Assembly: GCA_964195105.1 (NCBI GenBank)
Contig: CAXMOT010000099.1
Location: 1 to 53,325, forward strand
Length of the DNA stretch: 53,325 nt
Reading direction: 5' to 3'
From: an uncultured Gemmatimonadales bacterium
Lineage (GTDB): Bacteria > Pseudomonadota > Gammaproteobacteria > Pseudomonadales > IMCC2047
This document shows positions 46,832-53,325 of this stretch, piece after piece. The notes below the pieces were generated by a model. That model was not told the origin of the DNA and ran no database searches. It was given only the letters and a program-made list of their open reading frames with translations. The translations under genes and the position numbers were made by a program. Numbering within the stretch: the first letter of the stretch is position 1; every line of letters starts with the position of its first letter.

Positions 46832-48094
46832 ATGCCCAACGCTAACCACACCCGGAATTCCAGCAACAACCCCAACCAACTCAAGCGGGCCCTGGGATTA
46901 CCCCTGATCACCCTGTATGGCATCGGCTCGATCATCGGTGCCGGTATTTACGTGTTGATCGGCAAGGTCGCCGCCCAGAGCGGACTCTATACTCCCTTTG
47001 CTTTTATGATGGCTGCCGTTGTGGTGACCTTTACCGCCCTGTCCTACGCCGAGTTATCCAGCCATTTCCCGCAAAGTGCCGGTGAATCGGTCTACGTCGA
47101 CCAGGCGTTTTCCCGCACTTGGCTGACCCTCGGCATGGGCATTGCGGTGGTGGTGATCGGCGCGGTGTCTGCCGCGACTATAAGCCGTGGCTCTGTGGGC
47201 TATGTGCAGGTGCTGCTGGATTGGCCTGGCTGGGTCCTGGTCGTCCTGTTCGTCGGCCTGATTACTTTCATCGCCTGCCGGGGGGTGCTGGAGTCGGTCG
47301 GGGTGGCGGCGGTCATCACGGTTATCGAGGTGCTAGGGATTATCGCCGTATTGTTTGTGACCCGGGATGCATGGCTGCGCAGTGACGTGGAGTGGGTGCG
47401 TTATACACCCGGGTTGTCGATCGAGCATTGGCTGGCGGTCTCGGCCGGCGCATTCCTCGCCTTCTATGCCTATATCGGGTTTGAGGACATGGTAAACATG
47501 GCAGAGGAGGTCAAACGCCCGGAATCCAATTTGCCGCGGTCGATCGTGCTGGCGCTTATAGTCACCACGCTGCTTTATGCCCTGGTCGCCTGGGCTGCGA
47601 TCAATACGCTGCCGTTGGCTGAGCTGGCCGTATCGGAGGCACCCTTCGCCAGCCTGGTCGCAGGGTCGGATCTATTGCCGGTATGGCTAATCACCCTGGT
47701 TAGCCTGGTCGCGGTTACCAACGGCGCGCTTATCCAGATCATTATGGGTGCGCGAGTGCTTTACGGACTGGCAGGTAAGGGATTGCTGCCAGACTGGTTT
47801 CATCAGGTTCATCCGTTGCGGCGAATTCCCGTGAATGCGACCGTCGTTATCGGTGCGGGGGTGCTGGCTTTGGCGCTGCTGTTGCCGCTGGAAATGCTGG
47901 CAAGGATCACCAGTGCGATTACGTTATTGGTGTTTGCGTTGGTTAACCTGTCGCTGATCGTTATCAAACGACGTCGGCGGAAATCGCCGGTCGCATATCC
48001 CGCCGCAAGCCAAAGCAGGGTCGACTTCCCGCAGGCGGTTCCGGTTCTGGGGCTGGTGCTCAGTTGCCTGTTCCTGGTGGCGCAATTATTTTAA
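46832..48094 (+). CDS. APC-superfamily amino-acid permease
   Basis: 420-aa protein with about 12 TM segments. The N-terminal L.L..G.IIGAGI motif is present. Confidence 0.85.
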   Translation: MPNANHTRNSSNNPNQLKRALGLPLITLYGIGSIIGAGIYVLIGKVAAQSGLYTPFAFMMAAVVVTFTALSYAELSSHFPQSAGESVYVDQAFSRTWLTLGMGIAVVVIGAVSAATISRGSVGYVQVLLDWPGWVLVVLFVGLITFIACRGVLESVGVAAVITVIEVLGIIAVLFVTRDAWLRSDVEWVRYTPGLSIEHWLAVSAGAFLAFYAYIGFEDMVNMAEEVKRPESNLPRSIVLALIVTTLLYALVAWAAINTLPLAELAVSEAPFASLVAGSDLLPVWLITLVSLVAVTNGALIQIIMGARVLYGLAGKGLLPDWFHQVHPLRRIPVNATVVIGAGVLALALLLPLEMLARITSAITLLVFALVNLSLIVIKRRRRKSPVAYPAASQSRVDFPQAVPVLGLVLSCLFLVAQLF

Positions 48095-48162
48095 GGTTCG
48101 CGCAGCCGCAATCTCCCGTTTCAGGTAGCATGGGGTTTACCAACCATTCGGGGAATAAATGA

Positions 48163-48678
48163 GTGAAGTTGTCACTGATCGTGGCGTTGGCGGAGAATCG
48201 GGCTATTGGGATTAACAACGCGTTGCCCTGGCACCTGCCAAACGACCTGAAATACTTTAAGGCGGTCACGATGGGCAAGCCGATCATCATGGGCCGCAAG
48301 ACCTACGAATCCATCGGCAAGGCGCTGCCGGGCAGAACCAATATCGTGATTAGCCGGGATTCGGAGTTCAGTGCCGAGGGCTGTAAAAGCGTGATCTCGC
48401 TTGAGGCCGCGATCGAACTGGCCGAGAGTATCACGTTGATCGATGGCCAGGATGAGGCCGTAGTAATCGGCGGCGAGCAGATCTACCGACTGGCGCTGCC
48501 GTTGGCGGACCGCCTGTACCTGACCCGGGTCGCCGCCGAGGTCGCGGGCGATGCCCATTTCCCGGAGTTCGACGAGACCGGGTGGCGGGAAGTGGTGCGG
48601 GAAGACTATGCGGCACAGGACCCGAATCCCTATGCCTACAGCTTTGTGGTGCTGGAGCCTGCCGAACTGACGGCGTAA
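48163..48678 (+). CDS. folA: Dihydrofolate reductase
   Basis: LIVALAENRAIGINNALPWHLPNDLKYFKAVTMGKPIIMGRKTYESIG. 171 aa, GTG start. Confidence 0.95.
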   Translation: MKLSLIVALAENRAIGINNALPWHLPNDLKYFKAVTMGKPIIMGRKTYESIGKALPGRTNIVISRDSEFSAEGCKSVISLEAAIELAESITLIDGQDEAVVIGGEQIYRLALPLADRLYLTRVAAEVAGDAHFPEFDETGWREVVREDYAAQDPNPYAYSFVVLEPAELTA

Positions 48679-48873
48679 CCACCTGTTTTGGGCGTTGCAG
48701 TTGCATATTCCCCTTCTTCTTTTGGTTTCATGGCCTATGGGCATTAGGGCGGGCTCGATTTATACTAATCAATGCAGGGTTTGTCGCTATGGCCGAAAAA
48801 ACGCCGGAGATGGCGCAAACCGGCCATGCAGCCCGTCACCAGAGGAATCATTTGGTGGCGCTAAAACGAGCGG

Positions 48874-50949
48874 ATGATGCAGCGCATACAATTAAATATT
48901 AAGCAGCGACTGGTCCTTATATGCCTCACGGTGGCGACCGTGACGCTGCTACTGGCCTCGGTTGTGTTCATCAGTAACCAGATCATGAGTTACCGGGAGT
49001 CGCTGATAAACCAGTTGGTTTCGGCGGGCCAGGCTATTGAAGTCAATGTACGTGCCGCGCTGGTGTTCCGGGATAAGGAAGCAGCCGCGCAGAATCTGGC
49101 CAACCTCAGCGTCCTGGATCACCTCAGGCACGCCATCATTCTCGATAGCAACGGCAACCTGATGGCCGAGTACAATGCTGGCCACCCCCTGACTGCGCAA
49201 GAGCGCGAGACGCTGACCTCCCAGGAGTTACGGGTTGGTGAAGCCGACCAGGGTTTGATTGCCGATGCCGGCTATTCGTTCTGGTCGGGGTACCTGAAAG
49301 TTCGTCTGCCGATTCGCCTGGATGACAGACTGATCGGTTCTCTGGAGCTCTATTCCGACACATCACCGGTCCGACAGCAAATTCAATGGACGATTATGGT
49401 GTCCGGCCTGGTGCTGCTGGGTGCATTGTTATTTGCCTATTTCCTGTCGGCACGATTGCAGCGCATGGTATCTGCACCGCTGGCGCACCTGCTTGGCTCG
49501 ATGAAGTCCGTGTCCAGGGATCACCACTATGAGACCACGGTTACCAACGATCGTACCGATGAGATCGGCGACCTTATCGATGCATTTAACGAAATGTTGC
49601 GGGAGGTGGATAAGCGGGATAAGGCATTGGCGCGCAGCAATGTCGAACTGGAGCAGAAGGTTAAAAAGCGTACGGCCGAGATTCGCGCAACCAACAGGGC
49701 CCTGGAGGAGACTGCCAAACGCCAGAAGATGGCCAAGGAAGAGGCCGAGCGCGCCAGTCAGGCCAAGGGCGACTTCCTCGCCACCATGACCCACGAATTG
49801 CGTACCCCGATGAACGGCGTGTTGGGCATGCTGCGCCTGGTGCGGGACACCGAGCTCGACGGCAAGCAGGCCGGATATATTGAGATGGCCGAAAACTCCG
49901 GCAAGATCCTGTTGGACCTGATCAATAACGTACTGGATTATTCCAAAATTGAGGCGGGGATGCTCGAACTCGAGGCAGTGTCCTTTGACCTGGAGGTAGT
50001 GCTGCGTGAGACGATGAGCCTGTTTCGGGAGCGTGCGACAGAAAAGCGCCTGGAATTAAGCTGCATCGTGCCCGAGAGTATGCATACCCAGGTGATTGGT
50101 GATCCGTTGCGGCTGCAGCAGGTATTGATAAACCTGGTGGGCAATGCAATCAAGTTTACCGACCAGGGGCGGATTACACTGGAGACTAGCGTTTCCAGCC
50201 AGGCCGGCGATATGGCTGCCATTGAGTTCAAGGTGAGTGATACGGGCGTTGGCATCAGTCCTGAGCAACAGGGCAAGATATTCGACGAATTTGCCCAGGC
50301 CGACAGTTCAATCAATCGTCGTTTTGGCGGCACCGGGCTCGGCTTGGCGATTTCAAAACGTATTATCGAGGCAATGGGCGGTGAGCTCGCATTGCAAAGC
50401 GAGCGGGGTATGGGCGCGAGTTTCTCGTTCCTGGTGGACTTCAAGTGTAGCGAGGAGCGCGAATCCAGGGTCAGTGCCGACGCTGCGAGTGAAAGCACCG
50501 CGCAGGGCGAGGATTTGGCGGGCGCAGGGCTTAAGGTGTTGCTGGTGGAAGATGACAAGATCAACCAGATGGTCGCCCACGCCTTGCTGGAAGGTCTCTC
50601 CTGTAACGTCACGGTCGCCGAAAACGGCAGTAAGGCACTGGATACCTTTGCCAAGACGAAATTCGACGTGGTGTTTATGGATTGTTATATGCCGGGTGTG
50701 GATGGTTTGCAGGCGACCCGCGATATCCGCCAGCTGGAGCGCCGGCGCACTGCGGCGCGTACTCCGGTGATTGCATTAACTGCGAATATCGGCGCGGAGA
50801 TACGCGACCAGTGTCTTGCGGCGGGCATGGACGATTTTCTGAGCAAGCCCATCATGCAAGAGCAACTGGAAAAGGTGCTGAAGGATCTTGCCGAATCTAA
50901 ATCTACCGAGCCCGATCCGGGCGGACTCGGTAGCGCAAAAACGGGTTAG
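48874..50949 (+). CDS. Hybrid sensor histidine kinase/response regulator (N-terminal CHASE8-like sensor, HAMP, HisKA, HATPase, REC)
   Basis: H-box [11 protein letters not shown]-box [11 protein letters not shown]-boxes DTGVGI and GGTGLGL, and a C-terminal receiver domain ([10 protein letters not shown]...[10 protein letters not shown]). Confidence 0.9.
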   Translation: MMQRIQLNIKQRLVLICLTVATVTLLLASVVFISNQIMSYRESLINQLVSAGQAIEVNVRAALVFRDKEAAAQNLANLSVLDHLRHAIILDSNGNLMAEYNAGHPLTAQERETLTSQELRVGEADQGLIADAGYSFWSGYLKVRLPIRLDDRLIGSLELYSDTSPVRQQIQWTIMVSGLVLLGALLFAYFLSARLQRMVSAPLAHLLGSMKSVSRDHHYETTVTNDRTDEIGDLIDAFNEMLREVDKRDKALARSNVELEQKVKKRTAEIRATNRALEETAKRQKMAKEEAERASQAKGDFLATMTHELRTPMNGVLGMLRLVRDTELDGKQAGYIEMAENSGKILLDLINNVLDYSKIEAGMLELEAVSFDLEVVLRETMSLFRERATEKRLELSCIVPESMHTQVIGDPLRLQQVLINLVGNAIKFTDQGRITLETSVSSQAGDMAAIEFKVSDTGVGISPEQQGKIFDEFAQADSSINRRFGGTGLGLAISKRIIEAMGGELALQSERGMGASFSFLVDFKCSEERESRVSADAASESTAQGEDLAGAGLKVLLVEDDKINQMVAHALLEGLSCNVTVAENGSKALDTFAKTKFDVVFMDCYMPGVDGLQATRDIRQLERRRTAARTPVIALTANIGAEIRDQCLAAGMDDFLSKPIMQEQLEKVLKDLAESKSTEPDPGGLGSAKTG

Positions 50950-50998
50950 CGGCGTGTCAGGAATCGCCGCCGCAGATCACTGACAACTGGATAATAAT

Positions 50999-51166
50999 CC
51001 TGGGAGCCTGTCCGAGAATAGACTGATCTACTGCGGCAACCTCATTTTGGCCCTTTTTTCCGCTTATTTTCGGCAAATAGAATAACTATTCTTCTCAAAT
51101 AACCAAAAAAAACAACTCAAAATGATGTTCCCTCGCTACGATCGCTATCCTCGGACAGGCTCCTAG
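50999..51166. mobile_element. MITE-like element, family B, short form (core about 51003-51163)
   Basis: Inverted repeats cctgggagcctgtccgag (50999-51016) and ctcggacaggctcctag (51150-51166). Both subterminal regions are homologous to the 31593-31911 copy (gactgatctactgcggc vs ggctgaatctactcggc; ttccctcgctacga vs ttccctcgcgacga). Confidence 0.65.
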
Positions 51167-52836
51167 TCTTTGTCGGTCACCGCGCCCTCGGATGCGGACG
51201 TTACCAATTTCGCATACTTGGCCAGAACGCCACGCGTGGGTCCCTGTGGCGCTGACCAGCCGGCCATGCGCTGCTCGATAACTTGCTCCGACAGGTGCAG
51301 GGAGAGCTCACAGCTTTCTGCATCAATGGTGATCTGGTCGCCATCTTCGATGATAGCGATCGGGCCGCCCACTGCCGCCTCGGGGGTGACGTGGCCAACC
51401 ACGAAGCCATGGCTGCCACCGGAGAAGCGTCCATCGGTGATCAGTGCTACGTCATCGCCAAGTCCCTTGCCCATGATGGCCGATGTGGGGCTGAGCATTT
51501 CCCGCATTCCCGGGCCACCCTTGGGTCCTTCGTAGCGAATCACAACGACATCCCCGGCAACCACGTCGCCGTCGAGAATCGCATTCATTGCCGCTTCCTC
51601 ACTGGCATAGACCTTGGCGGACCCGGTAAATCGCAGACCCTCCTTGCCGGTGATTTTGGCAACTGCGCCGGTGGGTGCCAGGTTGCCATATAATATCACC
51701 AGGTGGCTGTCTTTCTTGATCGGGTTGTCGAGGGGCCTGATGACGTCCTGCTGCTCCGGATAGGGCGCAACGTTAGCGAGGTTCTCCGCCATTGTCTGGC
51801 CGGTTACGGTGAGGCAATCGCCATGCAGCAAACCTGCGTCGAGCAGCATTTTCATCAGTGGCTGGATGCCGCCAATTTCGATCAGCTCCGACATCAGGTA
51901 CTTGCCGCTTGGTTTCAGGTCCGCTAATAATGGCACCCGTTTACCGATGCGAGTGAAGTCTTCCAGGGCCAGTTCAACATCCGCCGCATGGGCCATTGCC
52001 AGCAAATGCAGCACCGCATTGGTAGAACCGCCCAGGGTGATCACGACCGTAATCGCATTCTCGAAGGCTTCTTTGGTCAGGATGTCCGAGGGCTTAATGT
52101 CCTGTTCGATAAGCGCGAGCACCGCTTCGCCGGCACGCCGTGCGTCTTCGTCCTTGGTATCGGAGATCGCATTCTGTGCTGAACTGTTCGGCAGGCTGAG
52201 TCCCAGCGCCTCGATCGCGGAGGCCATGGTGTTGGCCGTATACATGCCGCCGCAGGATCCGGGGCCAGGAATGGCCGTCTTTTCGACATCCAGCAGTTCG
52301 ATATCCGACACGGTGCCCTTGGCATGGCCGCCCACGGCCTCGAATACCGAAACGATGTCACGGCGCTGCTCGCCCGGCAGTATGGTGCCGCCATAGACGA
52401 AGATTGAGGGACGGTTCAGGCGTGCCATTGCGATCACGCAGCCTGGCATGTTCTTGTCACAACCGCCGATGGTTACGAGTCCGTCGAAGCCTTCTGCTCC
52501 GGTGACGGTTTCGATTGAATCCGCAATGACTTCCCGGGATACCAGTGAATAGCGCATGCCGGGGGTTCCCATGGAGATACCATCGGATACCGTGATGGTA
52601 TTAAAAATCACACCCTTGCCGCCCGCACTGTCGACTCCCGCCGCCGTGTCGTCGGCCAGCCGGTTAATGTGCATATTGCATGGCGTGACCATGCTCCAGG
52701 TCGACGCTACGCCTACCTGCGGCTTGTGGAAATCCTCTTCGGTAAAACCCGTCGCCCGCAACATGGCGCGGCTCGGCGCTTGCCTGACACCATCGACTAC
52801 CGGGGAGGAGTATTTCCGTGTGTTGTTATCGCTCAT
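51163..52836 (-). CDS. ilvD: Dihydroxy-acid dehydratase
   Basis: 557 aa with IlvD/Edd family motifs CDKNMPG and GGSTN, and the [15 protein letters not shown] Fe-S region. Confidence 0.95.
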   Translation of the reverse strand: MSDNNTRKYSSPVVDGVRQAPSRAMLRATGFTEEDFHKPQVGVASTWSMVTPCNMHINRLADDTAAGVDSAGGKGVIFNTITVSDGISMGTPGMRYSLVSREVIADSIETVTGAEGFDGLVTIGGCDKNMPGCVIAMARLNRPSIFVYGGTILPGEQRRDIVSVFEAVGGHAKGTVSDIELLDVEKTAIPGPGSCGGMYTANTMASAIEALGLSLPNSSAQNAISDTKDEDARRAGEAVLALIEQDIKPSDILTKEAFENAITVVITLGGSTNAVLHLLAMAHAADVELALEDFTRIGKRVPLLADLKPSGKYLMSELIEIGGIQPLMKMLLDAGLLHGDCLTVTGQTMAENLANVAPYPEQQDVIRPLDNPIKKDSHLVILYGNLAPTGAVAKITGKEGLRFTGSAKVYASEEAAMNAILDGDVVAGDVVVIRYEGPKGGPGMREMLSPTSAIMGKGLGDDVALITDGRFSGGSHGFVVGHVTPEAAVGGPIAIIEDGDQITIDAESCELSLHLSEQVIEQRMAGWSAPQGPTRGVLAKYAKLVTSASEGAVTDKD

Positions 52837-53002
52837 ATTGTTACCTGTACACCTGGTCGTTTACTTCGTATTTGCGCTACGCGCATGGCTATCTGGTTAA
52901 CCGCCGCGCAAGGGGGCGACAATATTAACATTAAATCGAAGCCAGCAAAGTGCAGCGCTAAATTTTTCACGCTTATTGGCTTTTTTTCGCTAGAATGAGG
53001 AT

Positions 53003-53268
53003 AGGGAACCTCTGGATAATACCTTGATGCCTCTGGCTTACAGAGACTTGCCGGATTGCGGCGGCTTTGCGCAGCAATGTCCAGACCTTGGAAGCGAAGC
53101 CAACAAGGAGCCGGCCAGTCTCTGAAAGCCCCGTGGGGCGAGGCCTGACAGCCTCATCTGCTGTGTTGGAAGCTTTGCCAATGCAATAAGCATTGGCGGC
53201 AACTCCCGCCTTGCAGCTAAAACCTTCAGGTCACGCAGAGGTATTAAGGTATTATTCAGAGGTTCCCT
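53003..53268 (+). other. 266-bp highly structured element closed by a 33-bp helix (candidate structured ncRNA or third MITE family)
   Basis: Arms 53003-53035 and 53236-53268 pair at 30 Watson-Crick plus 3 G-U positions on the plus strand. Internally there is a 14-bp helix (53041-53054 / 53111-53124) and several perfect hairpins. A TAGAAT box lies at 52991-52996. No target duplication was seen. Confidence 0.45.
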
Positions 53269-53325
53269 GGCTAAACCGTAATAAACCCTGCTCAATCGGG
53301 AGCCTTGCTTAGCAAATGAAAAACG

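Noticed and set aside
53038-53295. ORF 53038..53295(-), 85 aa.
   Set aside because: It overlaps the strongly base-paired structured element, and no SD or family resemblance is visible.

Overview
This is a 53.3-kb chromosomal segment from a gammaproteobacterium. Gene order closely follows the Pseudomonas/Cellvibrionales core regions: rib-nusB-thiL-pgpA, ribA-dxs-ispA-xseB, tolC-nudF-parE-parC-serB-fimX, psd-rhdA, rppH-ptsP, lgt-thyA-folA and ilvD. A PomAB-type (Vibrio-like, Na+-type) flagellar stator hints at a marine lineage. About 50 well-supported housekeeping CDS fill the window. I found no rRNA, tRNA, CRISPR array, prophage, integrase, toxin-antitoxin pair or defence island, and no multi-gene protein system I would call novel. 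The unusual content is non-coding. Seven copies of related palindromic MITE-like elements sit in this otherwise conserved core region. Family A has four copies (two of 53 bp, one of 213 bp, one of 241 bp). Every A copy is flanked by a perfect 3-bp TNA direct duplication, and three of the four sit exactly on stop or start codons of flanking genes: the pgpA stop, a TTGA stop/start overlap, and an ATG start that is rebuilt as TTG. The fourth lies intergenic inside the ispA-dxs operon. Family B has two copies (319 bp and about 165 bp). Both abut a flanking gene so that the stop codon TAG is TA from the flank plus the first G of the element. The long B copy carries internal 14-bp x2 and 34-bp x3 tandem repeats. 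At the right edge of the window lies a 266-bp highly structured element closed by a 33-bp helix and preceded by a TAGAAT -10 box; it may be a third family or a genuine structured RNA gene. Secondary observations are a canonical sigma-54 promoter ahead of a small conserved ORF, an (CAATTAAA)4 microsatellite upstream of an mscS-family gene, a hairpin that sequesters the pgpA Shine-Dalgarno, and a concentration of c-di-GMP components (a FimX-like protein, a FimW-like protein and two PilZ proteins, one just downstream of pomAB). All protein identifications come from recognising motifs in the supplied translations, not from database searches.
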